Of a stretch of DNA of 64,000 nucleotides, positions 1 through 13,029 are shown piece by piece. The stretch covers positions 29,208,401 through 29,272,400 of the forward strand of contig CM120641.1 of assembly GCA_051362555.1 (NCBI GenBank). The letters are read 5' to 3'. The first letter of the stretch is position 1. Each line of letters opens with the position of its first letter. The notes beneath the pieces were generated by a model. That model was not told the DNA's origin and did no database searches. It saw nothing but the letters and a program-made list of their open reading frames with translations. Source of the DNA: Lingula anatina (Eukaryota > Animalia > Brachiopoda). The translations under genes and the position numbers were made by a program.

Positions 1-1504
1 TTCAATCTGAGATGGTCATTTTTCAAATTTGTGCTTTTGATGATGTGGAGTTGTTTGTCAGTATGGCATTTGAAAAGGTCTTAACCTGCACACTAACCTT
101 ACTAACAAACCCTCACATCTTTGTAAAATCTGACTTCATGTAAACGCTTTTACATGAAGAGATTTTACATTGATAGATTGTGCAAAATCTGTAATGAAAT
201 ATTTTACGTGTGAGAAAATATTTCATTATATTTTTTGTACAGTCTGCTCTTCTTGAGAGATGCTGTCATCTCTCAAGATAGAGATCACATTACTAATATT
301 CAGATTTTCTCAAGTGTTATACTTGACAAATACATCCACTTCATCACATATGCACCTTTTCTCCGGATCAAAAAAATTCAGATTGAAATTTACATGGGCG
401 GTCATACAGTGTAATGTGAGATCCGAAATATTTTGAAGCAAGCTTGCTTTATTCTGTACTTGTATCATGCAGGTAGTTGCGATTTCAGTGCAAAGTTACA
501 TTTTAGAAACCTGGTATTTTAAGTCGAATTATATATCAAAGTTTAGTTGAAATCATTGATATTCCCGAGTTATAATCATATTACTTGAATCTGTTTGCAT
601 TTTATCATAAAGAGAACTATAATCAAGTTTTGAAAGATGCTTGCAGTTGTAAAATGATTAACTTTATTTATGGTTTTAATTCTCCAAAATAAAGTCAAAA
701 TGATTCTGTTTAATTGTTATGTCTCTTGTTAGTTTTTTATTGGCTTCAGTGCCTTTTTCTGTAAGAATTACTTTAATAAGTTTTTATGCTTCACCTCGTG
801 TATAGTATATATAGAGAATAGTTAGTCAACACAAAGGTTATTCCGTCACACAATGCTGTCTAAAACGGGACGATTCTTGAACTGTACGCAGCGCCGTGCC
901 AATAGAAACCGATTTCGTCATGTTATAAGGACCGAATTATCCGGGCGTGGGCACTTTCCCGGCATTCCCCACGAAGGGTTTAGACGGGGTTTTCCCCACG
1001 GCCCGAGAGCATCTGGTACCAGTTTCCGACCACAAGACCTGCATTATCGGACTGTGTGCGTTCCGACGCTAGATGAAGACGATGGAAAATCTTAGAACTT
1101 TTGATAATACTGCTATGTATTAATTCATTGCGTTTACGTAGTTCATTACTGATTATTAGTCCTTTTTAAATCAACTGTAAATATTCAAAATTGTACATAA
1201 TAGTTGAATAAAAGATATTCTATAATTTTCTTTCTTTCTTTTTAATTTTTTTTTTTGTAAAAAAAAGTGGTCGTGTACAGATCGCTAAAAAAAAGCGAGA
1301 CTTGCAAATAAATTTAAATGGACTCGCATGTATGCTCGTTTAATCATTAGTAGAAATTATCCTCTTTCGCCTCTCACTTAAACTTTTACAATCTCGTCAC
1401 TATTTCTGTCACTCCAATTTCTTCCATAAAACTAGCCGATGTCCAGGTAATGAGTTGAATTTTGGTTTTTGGATACAAAGCTGTGGTGCTGCGTTACTTT
1501 GCTC

Positions 1505-1662
1505 TCCCGGGCCCCGTAACTCGAAAGCAGCGCGCATTGCGACCGAGCGCAAGCGTCTCGATTCCATTACTTGCCCATGCTCGCCCCATGTAATACACTG
1601 TAGCCTCTATGTGATATCGCCGTTCGCAATACGCGATGCTTTTAAGTTACGGAGCCCCAGGA
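1505..1662. mobile_element. Small MITE-like inverted-repeat element
   Basis: About 35-bp imperfect arms: GGGCCCCGTAACTCGAAAGCAGCGCGCATTGCGA / TCGCAATACGCGATGCTTTTAAGTTACGGAGCCC. Confidence 0.65.
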
Positions 1663-1832
1663 ATAACTCGAGCCGTTTCCTAGACTTTCCCGAGTCAAAT
1701 TAGAGAAGTAACTATCTTACTTAAATAAATCCCACTGTAGATTTAAGAACCCAACACCTCTTAATGTTAACGAAGGGGTACATTGTGTATAAATGTATAT
1801 GTTCTTGACTATAACACAAGTAAAACGAGAAA

Positions 1833-1881
1833 AAAACTAGTTTTTTCCCATTCCTGTGCCATTGTTATCCTTATCTACTGG

Positions 1882-1961
<80 letters not shown>

Positions 1962-2480
1962 TTGCTGTGGGAATTGAGGCCCAATTTTTTATATAAATGC
2001 ATATAGCAAGCAAAACTAGACAAAACCAAGATTTTTTCCATCCTTGTGCCATTATTGTCCTTATCTACTGGCACTATTTTATATTTGCTGAGGGAATTAA
2101 GGCCCAATTTTTTTATTCTTAAGAACACCTCACTCCCATCCCTGTAGCATAATACTTGCCGATTGCATTTATTTTGAGAATCAGATTTTATATAAATGTA
2201 TAATGCAAGCAAAACTAGACAAAACCAAGAATTTTCCCATTTCTGTGCCATCACCGGTGACATGTACATGTACCAGAAAGTCCCCCATGACAGAGAGTCT
2301 GCTTCCCATTCATTTGTACAAGTGAGCCTCGCCCTAGATTTTGACCTACTTAGGTCAAACTAACCCGAACTATATGGAGGACGGACTTTCTGTCACACGG
2401 ACCCTCAGTTTCATGGCACCGGCCTTATCTACCGGTACTCCTTCATATTTGCTGTGGGAATTACTTTTAAGACCCCCCCC
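1833..2480. repeat. Three degenerate direct repeats (about 180-200 bp) containing a (TA)n microsatellite
   Basis: AAAACTAG...TTTTCCCAT(T)..TGTGCCAT and CCTTATCTAC(T/C)GG(C/T)ACT...TTTGCTG(T/A)GGGAATT recur near 1835, 2012 and 2211/2422. (TA)n at 1885-1953. Confidence 0.7.
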
Positions 2481-3344
2481 ATTCCCGTAGCAAATGACAA
2501 AATTTAGTCATTACAAATATGCATACATTTATCATAAATATGTGTGGTAATATTTTAATAATGTTAAGCGAAGATTAGAGGCAAATGAAGAATATTAAAT
2601 ATGTTACAAATATACTAACAATTATTACTGATTTGTGCTAGTGAAATTGTGATGCTGCAAAATAAAATTTGCAGCTTTGCTGAGCAGGTGCAACACTTGA
2701 TAATACTTCCTTTCCGTTTAAGATTTAAGCAAGCCTGTATTTTATATGTATCGTGGTTTTGGAACACTGCCATTATATTATAACTGAAGATGTTCTCAGG
2801 AGTTGCCATACCATTAACACAATTCAATTCTCTTACAGATTGTTTCATGGTTGACTTAAATGTTTTAAGGTTGAAAGTAATAATTAATACAGATTCGGTA
2901 AATGGTGATTGTAATATTGTTTGTGAGTTCCTGTTTTCATAGTTACTAGTAATTCACACTTAAATTGTAGAAGGAAGATTGTCACGGGACCCATATCTTA
3001 GTCTGGTGTTTTTTTTATCATTTTCTTTTAACTTTTGTTAAAATAATAACAACTTGTATAACATCACAATAACACACTGGCATCTTTGAAAATATGCATT
3101 GGGTGTATATCTAAGGATTATTCATGACTTAAACTATTCATATTTTACGAGAATTAATTGATGATTTAAACACTTATCATAAGCAGCTGAGATAAAAAAG
3201 ATGGAAAATGCAAAAGCTGATGAATGATAAGTATTAAAATGAAAAAATATTTTTTGGATCCCTTTTCACTGATTTAAACTTATTCAACCATTTTGAAGAC
3301 TTGCAGTTCCTACGTGTGTTAATAAAGGGAATCGGAGAAGACTG

Positions 3345-3471
3345 ATTGTGCCCGGAAGTGACGTGTAGTGGTGTTAGAAGCGAAGCTGAGTGGTCATTTT
3401 AACCTGGAGGTGAACGGGAGAGAAGACGTGTAGTCGGAGGAAAAAGAAGTTTTCTAAACAACCTGGTAAGA
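3345..3471 (+). promoter_or_regulatory. Putative core promoter and non-coding first exon of an unidentified transcript
   Basis: ETS/GABP motif CCGGAAGTG overlapping a CRE-like TGACGT (3352-3364), then a purine-rich stretch with no ATG, a donor CTG|GTAAGA at 3465/3466, and CpG-rich sequence to about 3800. Confidence 0.5.
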
Positions 3472-5519
3472 TAACTCTCTTTTTTTACGCATTTTGGGCA
3501 GAGAATACTTGTAGAAATAAAAGATGCATGATATGAAAACATGACACGGAACTTGAAGGTGCAAAATCGTGCTTAATTTGCGGTCAGCTTGTTTTGAAAT
3601 AAATGCTGCATTGACCGCCAGCGCGACAAAGAGCGTTGAGGGAAAATAATTCCTGGGAGTCTATAAATCGTTGTCATGCGGAAATTTGGCATTAATTAGT
3701 CTATCGCTCATAGACTTCCAATCTTAGATTGTCGACTGGGGGCGTTGCTGTCGCCACCATCCTGTCAGTTTGGACGCGGGGGTGTCGTGTGAGAGTGAGA
3801 CACAGATTTCATTATTTGTATTGTATATACACCTACGTTTGAAATACATTCAGCGTTTTCATACCTTAACTTTTTTGTTTAAAAAGAAAAAAAATCACAC
3901 AATTACTTCGGAGGGAAGAATCAATGTTAGGCTATAATAGTTTTTGAAGGGAAACCACGCATGCCTCTCCCCTAATTGTGATTGACAGTGTCCTTGCATC
4001 TTGTTGACATGATATCAACTTGAAGTTTACAAACCTGCCCCAGGCCGTCATTGAACGACCTTGTCCGCGTACACTGGAACACTTATCCACAATATACACT
4101 GATCCACAATGCACTTTGAAGAAACTCATTTCATATCTTGTTTCACAGATGATGACAATAAAGATAAAGTGATAATACATTTTTGCTATTAATATTTATG
4201 TGGAGTTGTCCAGTTTTTTTGGTTGCTTTGATTTTGCAAGGAGAAAGGATAACGAAAAGATAATATGCTTGGTGTGATTTTTAAATTAAAATGTTTTAGT
4301 TACTATTTATAATTGCTTAAATATTTTAACATTTCTTTGATTTGGTTGAAAGAAGATGGCATGCAGCGACCCATAGTTCCCCTATTCACAGTTCAGAACT
4401 GGCATGGTTTAAAAAAACTTTCGCGTGTGTGTTTGTGTGTGTGTGCGTGGGGGGGGGGGGGAGGTAGGGAGGTAGGATGCCTCACATTTACCAAGAAGTT
4501 ATAAAGAGTCTCATTATAACTTCTTGCATTTACCAACATCAAGTGGTGAGAGTATTAGCGAGGCAGAAAGTGTTTCAGACAGCACATCTGATTAATTATC
4601 TATTGTTTATTATACATTTTTTATTCTCATATTTATATATTTTGTATAAAATAGCTCTTGCATTGCTTTCTATACAAGGTCTTTATCACATACATTATCA
4701 TATATGAAGTACTTTTTAGGTGATTTATTTTCATTGTCATACAGATTATTGGCCATTACTGTTACTATGTGTACTATATTTTCATTTAGTTTTTACTTTT
4801 ACCTTATCATTATTTTGGTACAATTTATACCTTGTTTATTGTATGGTTAATGGAAACATTCCAAATAGGTGTTTAGAGTGCTTTAACACATGATTTTTTT
4901 TGTGTTACTGTAACAGCCTTTTGCTTTTAGCATTTTTTACTATTCTATAGGGCTTTGTACAAAATGTGTATTGGTTAACAATATAATTATTTAGACCAAC
5001 AAATGCTGGTCTGTGAGAAAAGTTATATAAAATTAATAAATACGCTGATACAAGTTTTTCTAGTTACAAGACTTTTATACAGTTAAGTGAAATCAGTGAT
5101 GGTTTCTGTGAGAAAATATTGTAATACACCACCCCTCCCTCTCTTCTCTAGGATTAAAAAAAAAACAAACAAACAAACAAAAAAAAAAAAACAATTACTT
5201 TCCCATTTACTTGTGCCACATCGCAATTATTTAACATATAACTCTTTTTTTCACCACAAGACAAGTTTCATTAGAAAAAATTATTTATGCAATATATATG
5301 CTGAATTAACTTGCTCTGATTCATATTAGACTGCATACAACAGGTAAATCTGGTTACCTCCACCCCCACATATTACTCATTAAAAATACGATGCCTCAAA
5401 CGATGCCTCAAACCAAATAATATTTTTTCACACAACAAATATATGCATAAACTTTATAATAGCAAATTATTTAAAAATTTTGACGATGGGCACTTTGCCA
5501 ATGGTTATCTGCACTCATC

Positions 5520-6774
5520 CTTAAATTTTTCACATATCGACATTTTCAAGGTGTGACTTTGAACTTCCATGGGTTTGAAGACCTTTGCTAGTCTGAATAT
5601 CCATGATAATTTTATTTCATTATTAAAATTGATGGTCATTATGCATTATGTAATATTGCAACGAAAATGAAGAAACCTCTATTTTGGACACTGCTTTTAT
5701 AGTGACCATTAAAGAAAAACCATGTTACTTACTCTTCTTAAAACTTACAGGAAAGAAACACAGGTCTTAAATGCAGCCTGTGTTGGAAAAGCAATCTAAT
5801 TGGTTTCTTTTTCTGTTGTACATGTTTGTGAAGTTGTTATCTTTCATATATTGGCATTTTCAATGTGGGACTTGGAACTCCCATGGTCATGAAGCCCAGT
5901 GGTAATCAAATTTTCTAAATGACCACGTTATTAATAAAAATAAATGGTGGTAATTATAGTTAATCATTATGTAATATTGCATCAAAATTGACAAAAAGCC
6001 AACTTCGTGCACTGTCATCACAAACGTTATGATAAAAAGCAAACTGTGTTACTTATTATTTTTTTTAGCTTAAAAGAATGATTCTTAGGATTGACATACA
6101 GCTCAAATAAGAAAACCAGCTCTATTGGATTATCATTTTTTATTGAATTAACGCAACTTTTTGTGAAATTCTCATTTTTCTCATTCTGGCATTTTCTAAG
6201 TATGAACTTGAACTCTCATGGGCCTGCTTTTACTTTCATCGGTATTACCTGTTTTGCATAATTTAAATTTGATGTTGACTTTGCAGTTAAGCGTAATATA
6301 TTATTGCATAAGAATTGACAGCATCCTATTTTGTGCATTATTACTTTGTGCTTTTCTTAAGATGTGACTTATGGGCCTGAAAGACCTTTGAGAGAATCAG
6401 TCTGTAAATTTCCCTTGGGTATCACTAAGCTAAGTTCAGAGTTATAAAGTCATTTGCCTAATTAATAGGTTATTAAATGAGATTACATAAAGCACAGTTG
6501 TTGATATTTCCCTGTAAACTCCCAAAGATTAAGCCAGTCTGCTAGATTAATAATAAGGAAGCAGTGATAATTATGCAGGTAAATTTTGCAATATCTCTGG
6601 GTCCACTCCTGTTATTGACCATGTTACCTGTTGTGCATGATTAAAATTCAGTGTTGACTGACAGTGCTATTATAAACATTATTTATTATTGCATCAAAAT
6701 TGACAAAATGACCTATTTTGCATCTTTATTTTCTGTTTTTTGTCTGTACATTTGACAGCTTTGCTGCCTTGTTT
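5520..6774 (-). mobile_element. Second, partial family A copy joined head-to-tail to the previous one
   Basis: Same 5' terminus at 6773 (ccttgtt). The body matches 9.4-11.0 kb and 54.3-55.7 kb. The left boundary is approximate. Confidence 0.65.
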
Positions 6775-6776
6775 CA

Positions 6777-7560
6777 CTTTTTTCAGCATATATGCAGCAC
6801 CGATAACACGATAAGTGGAAAACCATTTTACTTTTTGGCTTGAAACTTACAAAACTGATGAATATTCATAATACGTAGGTCAAGTTCGAAAATCAGCATG
6901 ATCAGGCCATATTTGTGGAAGTTATGCTATTTTTTCATTTTTTTCAGCATAAATGCAACACCGATAACACGGTAAGTGAAAAACCATTTTACCTTTTGGC
7001 TTGAAACTTAAAGAACCGATGAATATTCATAATACGCAGGTCAAGTTCGAAAATCAGTATGATCGGGCCAAATTTGTGGAAGTTATGCTATTTTTTCATT
7101 TTTTTTCAGCATAAATGCAACACCGATAACACGATAAGTGAAAAACCGTTTTACCTTTTGGCTTGAAACTTACAGAACTGATGAATATACATAATACACA
7201 GGTCAAGTTTGAAAATCAGCATGATTGGGCCATTTTTATGGAAGTTATGCTATTTTTTCATTTTTTTCAGCATAAATGCAACACCAATAACACGATAAGC
7301 GAAAAATCATTTTACTTTTTGGCTTATAAGTTACTGAAATGATGAATATTCATAATACGCAGGTCAAGTTTCGAAAATCAGCCTGATCGGGCCAATTTTA
7401 TGGAATTTATGCTGTTTTTTCACTATTTCAGCATATGTGCAACACCAATAACACATTTCAAGGAAAATCAATTGGCCAATCGTCTTGAAATTCACAGGGG
7501 TGATCAGATTTACTAAAATACAGATGAGGTTCGAAAATAAGCTTGATCGGTTCAGTTTTG
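6777..7560. repeat. Tandem array of 161-162 bp units (family A core)
   Basis: The anchor cc(g/a)ataacac recurs at 6800, 6961, 7123, 7284 and 7445. Confidence 0.9.
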
Positions 7561-7686
7561 GTGAAATTGTGCCTTTTTTGTATATAAGTCTTTTTTCCTG
7601 GGATTTAATTCTTAGGCATGTTAACAATCTCATTTGTGAACTAATTAGTAATGTAAAGGTGTTCTTTTGACATTTTCTGCATCTTG

Positions 7687-9146
7687 GTGATGGTGATGTT
7701 GATTACCTGTGTATTACCAATTAAATGACTATTTGAGCAGTTTTTCCTTATATGCAAAATGCCAGTCTGCATATAGACCAAACCACAGTACAGAAACAGC
7801 CCTTCTTAAGGTGCAGAATGACATTCTCCAAGCCCTGAATGATCAGAAACATGTGATATTGATTCTTGATCTATCAGCAGCTTTCGATACTCTCGATCAC
7901 GACATATTGCTCCAACGACTTGCATACCGTTTTGGGATAACTGGGACAGTTCTCTCCTGGTTTCGGTCTTATCTAACTGGACGCGAGCAACATGTACGCA
8001 TAGGTTCTTCTATTTCAAAATTAAGCAATTACTTTATGGTGTGCCACAAGGCTCCGTGCTTGGTCCTATACTGTTTACACTCTACACCTCACCAATTGAG
8101 GATATAGTTGCTCAGTTTGGTTTCAATTTGATGCTGTATGCAGATGATTCCCAGATATATGTTATATGTGAAAATCCTTGTGATGAAAAAGCAACTATTG
8201 AGGCTTGTGTGAATGAACTTAGATCTTGGCTCAAGTCCAACTACTTAGTTTTTAATGATGAAAAAACTGAATTAGTCCATTTCAACTCTAAGTTTTCTAA
8301 AGACAATACTGCACTTGATAGTATTAGAGTTGGGGATTCTTTTATAAAACCAACAACAGAAGTAAGGAACTTGGGTGTTATTTTTAATAACAAATGTGAA
8401 ATGACATCACACATTAACAAAGTATGTAAAACAGCATATTTTAGTCTCCAACGGATATCCAAGATCTTTCACCTTATTAACACCAAGCAAACTGAATTAC
8501 TCATCCATGCATTTGTAACCTCTAGACTGGATTATTGCAATAGCCTATTGTTTGGAATACCTTAGTAACTATCAAATGGAAAAGCTACAATCAATTCAGA
8601 ACTCTGCTGCTCGTCTCCTCTGTAAAGCTCAGAAGTCCCACCACATCACACCAATTCTGCGAAACCTCCACTGGCTACCCGTGTCTCAACGAATAGTTTT
8701 TAAAATATTACTTTTGACTTTTAAGATTTTAAAGGGCGACTGTCCATTTTACTTAAACTCTACCATAGAACTTTTAACTCCTATCAGATCACTTTGATCT
8801 AGTGGACAACTTCAACTTAAGCGAAAAGACACTAAAAAGACTCTTAAGACATATGGACACAGAAGTTTCGAGATTTGTGCACCGATTTTATGGTCTAATT
8901 TTATCACAAGATCTGATGTGTCTCTGGATGACTCATATTACTGTTTTAAGAAGAATTTAAAAACTTTTTTATTTAAAGAATACTTTAATTTATAGCATCT
9001 TTTTAGTTTTTAAAATTTTTAAGTATCCTGTTTTTAGTCTATACTGGCTTTAATTTATCTGTGGAGTTTATATTTTTTATGTAAACAGCGCTGAGACGCA
9101 TGTGTAGCGCGGTTTTAAAGAAGTGTTTTATTATTATTATTATTAT
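7687..9146 (+). mobile_element. 5'-truncated, decayed L2/CR1-group LINE (reverse transcriptase ORF2 fragment)
   Basis: RT motifs across ORFs 7709-8107, 8041-8565 and 8552-8797: [77 protein letters not shown]. Two frameshifts and a stop. The 3' end has agcgc...agcgc followed by a (TTA)n tail. Inserted into a family A repeat, with atctt on both sides. Confidence 0.92.
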
Positions 9147-11074
9147 CTTAACAATATTGTTAGTTGATTATATAAAAATGATGGTAAACCTGTTATTGTG
9201 CATTGTGTAATAAAGTGTCAAAAATGGAAATAAACTCATATCTTTACAGTTTGTCAGATTCAATCATTCACCATGTTCAGAATCTCAGAATGGAACAAAT
9301 TGGACATTTATAATTGTTCTATTGATATTTTTCCTATGTCAACAACTTTCTTAGTTGATCATTTAAAAACGACAGTAAATTGATTATTTTGATATATGTA
9401 AAAAAAGTGTTGAAAGTGGAAAGAAATTCATTTCAGTACAGTTATCTCTTGCCTACATTTTGGCATTTTAAAGTTGTGACTCTGAACTTCCATGGCCCTG
9501 AAGACCTTTCCATATCAAATTTTCTGAATATCCATGATACTTTTATTTTATTATTAAAAATTGATGGTCATTATGCTGTTAAGCATTATATAATATTGCA
9601 TCAAAATTGAAGACAACCCCATTTTAGACAATGCCTCCATAGTGACCACTAAAGGAAAACCAAGTCACTTACTCTTCTCAAACTTACAGAAATGTAGCAT
9701 AGCACTAAATTATAGCTTCAGTTGGAAAACCTGTTATATCGGTTAACTTTCTTGGAAATTATATAGTTTTTTGTTACAATTAAAATTTTCACATATGGAC
9801 ATTTTCAAGGTGTGACTTAGTCTTTGAACTTCCATTGGCTTGAATACCATTGCTAGTCACATCTTTTGAATAGCTATGATACATTTACTTTATTATTAAA
9901 AATTGATGGCCATTGTGCTGTTAAGCATTATGTTAAATTGCATAAAAGATGAAAAAGAAACCTTTTTTGGACATCGCTGCTGGGATGACCATTAAGGAAA
10001 AACCATGTTACTTATGATATTCTAACTTACTGAAAAGTTTCATAGGACTGAAGTGTAGCTTGTGTTGGAAATCAGTGTGATTGTTTTCTGTTTTGGAAGC
10101 AATGCAGCTCTATAGAGTGCTATATGGGGCTACTGTTTATGGATGGTGGTAATTGTCCCTTGGGATAATCACTAGCTAAATTCAGAGCTATAAAATTACT
10201 TGCCTAATTAATTTTCAAGTGCCCATTAAATAAGATTACATAAAACACACGTTGAGATTTCCCATTCAAGTCCTGTAGGTTAAGCTCTCTTAACTGTGTC
10301 ACATAATTAGGAATTGGTGATAATTATGCAGGTAAATGTTGTTTTATATTGCAAATAAGTTTACAAAAGAAAAAAAATTTGTGTAATGCCAACATTAATG
10401 CTATAGATGAATAACAGTGCCTTATTATCCTCAAACACATTGGGATTATTCATATCATGTTAATACAGCAAGATTAACAGTTTGAATAGCAGCTTTATTG
10501 GAATTTTTTTTGTTGTGTTTTCTTTTGAATTTTTTTCTAAACACTGGCATTTTCAACTCCCATCCACCTGAAGCTCTTCAGATTTTCTGTATTTCCACAT
10601 AAGCAGTTGCATAGGTTTTAATGTAATATTATTTTATGCACTGTCAACATTTTTCAAATATTGGGATTTTCATTATGTGAATTTGAACTCTCATGGTCCA
10701 GAAACTAATCTTATTGCAGGGGTGGATTGAGGCTGTCTTCTGGGTCTTTCAGATGACGGTCAGATTTTAAAGTTTACATTGACTTGTATCAATTTTTTTC
10801 TGTTGGAAGACCATCAGAAGTGGAGGATGGATCAACAAAGACACTTTGGAATACTGTCAGAAAATATCTCTGGATCTGCTCCTGTTATTGACCATGTTAC
10901 CTGTTGTACATGATTAAAAATCAGTGTTAACTGACTATGTTATTATAAGCATTATTTATTATTGCATCAAAATTGACAAAATGACCTATTTTGCATCTTT
11001 ATTTTCTGTTTTTTTTGTCTGTACATTTGACAGCTTTGCTGCCTTGTTTCTTCATGCACACTGAGAAAATGCAA

Positions 11075-11958
11075 CCACAAACATGTCTTAAATAATTTAT
11101 TTCATCAATATACCAACTGAATGCTTCACTATATTGATGTTAGTTATTCTTACCACATATACAATCATAGCATATCTAGTAGGGAGAGTTAAAGATTGAT
11201 TCTGAAGCCTGATGTTCTCCATAAAGCAGTTCAGCTAAGTGAATTATTTTATTATGCCTGGTCACTGTGGATTTGTTAAATCCTGAGCTGATATTACCTC
11301 CCTGGGGAGCATTCAACTCACTTGGCTGCACATATATTGTGCCCAGAACTCTCTTTCTCAATTTTACCAGCACCAACAAAACCAGGTCTCTACCCTCTGC
11401 CTCATCCTCCTTATGCATGAGTGTTTGGTGATGAGACAGAGCCATTAAAATAATGGTCTTTGCTATGACACTGATGTGAAGAACCAACCAAGGAGCTCCC
11501 ATACTGGAGGAGAGCACTCTACCAGAAAAACCATGTGGTCTTATTGTGGTAGTTCATGTTACTTCACTTGTTCACAACCATAACAATTTAAGCTATTAAA
11601 TTACCTGAAAATTTTAATTTCTGTCATGATCTAGGATGAATTCCATATTAATTGCACCAGTCCATAGTAAATTTTATATGCTACTTTTCTCCTCCTGCCC
11701 AGATGAGGAAGAGAGAAGAGGAAAATGCTAACAAGCTGTAGTTAGATCAATGACAGCTCTTATATCAAACTGTACTTTCAAACTGATATCAACACAATTT
11801 CATCATATTGTTAAATCATTCATGTGTATCATTGATTGCAAAAATCAACAAAAGAGAAATGTTAAAGAAATGATCCAAATATTAAGCTTACTCCACTTGT
11901 TTAGTTTTTTAGGTATTTGAACGGTGAGCATAAAAATGACATGGGGCAAAACCCAAGC

Positions 11959-11989
<31 letters not shown>

Positions 11990-13029
11990 AAATTCACCAT
12001 ATCTGGCAATCTGATGAAAACAAAATGCAATTTTGGCATATAAATATCATTTTTCCCACTGCAACAAGGAGCAGAGAAGGTGACAGTGTTCACAACTTCC
12101 ATTCAACCCCTGACCACTAGAACATGCAGTTGACCTCCCATCTTCCTCCTGGGTCTTGTTACAGATACTTATCCACCATCACACACAATCTCATGAGTGT
12201 TTGGATTACAACTGGACAAGTGAACGCTGAGCAAAAACCATGTATCCAATCACAATCACAAAGATGTTCCAATTTTTTATAAGACTGACAGCCTAGAATT
12301 ACGATGAATCTGCCCTTCATGTGACTGCAGCATCTATGTGTCAGCCTATCAGTTGACAGCCCAAACTGGGAGTCAATTGCAAAAAGACTTGGGGTATATG
12401 TAACAACAAGTGTAATCAACAGAATTATACACACAGTCCTGCTGAGAAGATCCTCCAAAAATGACCAGAATACCTGACAGAATGATTTGGTTACTTTCCA
12501 TTAGCAACTGGCAGTGTTACATGTACTAAGTCTAAACGCTGAACAATGATAATTATAGTGATACAGTGATAAATTATCCAGTGATGACTTCCATTGACAC
12601 GTATGCAGCTTAAGTGGTGAGATGACCCTGAAAGGAAACCTTGAAATAGCAGACTTCAGCAGTTGTGCAGTTAGCATGTCTTATGAATCCACAACTTGTG
12701 TGAAGAGATGGCACATGCCATATGTACACAAACTTTTACAATTCAATTTGTCTAACCATTTCCCAAGTTCAAAAAGACTGGAAAGCTAGGCAACACATAG
12801 AAAATCAGTGTTTGCTTGATTGCACCACAGCTGCATGCTGACATTTCAACCGCTGGAGAAGCTGCAGTGTAAACAATATTGGCACATGTCCTTGCTCTTT
12901 TACTTGATAAGCACCTGATTTAGGCAATGTCCTTTTCCCATACTTGTCCCCAGTCCTTTGTGGATCCTATATCAATAATCCCCACTACATAGTGCAGTGA
13001 CATGGAAAAGCATTTCCCTTTTTGCTGTG
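11075..13029 (-). other. Putative RPTOR 3' UTR
   Basis: Unique non-coding sequence between the TAA stop (13030-13032) and a minus-strand AATAAA (tttatt at 11096-11101), just before the repeat block that ends at 11048. The end point is inferred. Confidence 0.45.

Larger units (their letters stand above)
6777..11048 (-). mobile_element. Family A non-autonomous Helentron-like (HINE) element, interrupted by the LINE
   Basis: Begins on the minus strand with AACAAGGCAGCAAAGCTGTCAAATGTACAGAC at 11048. Collinear with the copies at 14.7, 53.5 and 60.4 kb. Ends in a 161-bp tandem array. Confidence 0.75.

Noticed and set aside
853-1095. 80-aa ORF MLSKTGRF...DEDDGKS
   Set aside because: No recognisable domain or splice context; probably a chance ORF in a GC-richer patch.
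1783-2269. ORFs with YI-repeat peptides
   Set aside because: Artefacts of the (TA)n microsatellite.
3155-3275. C/D box snoRNA-like TGATGA...CTGA pairs
   Set aside because: Spacing is short, there is no terminal stem or recognisable guide, and such motifs are expected by chance in AT-rich DNA.
4476-4595. Ser/acidic reading frame (DASHLPRSY...SVSDSTSD*)
   Set aside because: No polypyrimidine acceptor or ATG in frame, and it spans the 35-bp insertion scar.
6777-7560. Regular repeats as a CRISPR array (also 52-58 kb)
   Set aside because: Eukaryotic context; units are contiguous 145/161-bp tandem copies with no unique spacers and no cas genes.
11176-12458. ORFs of 67-113 aa downstream of the RPTOR stop
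   Set aside because: No domain similarity or exon structure; they lie within the probable 3' UTR.
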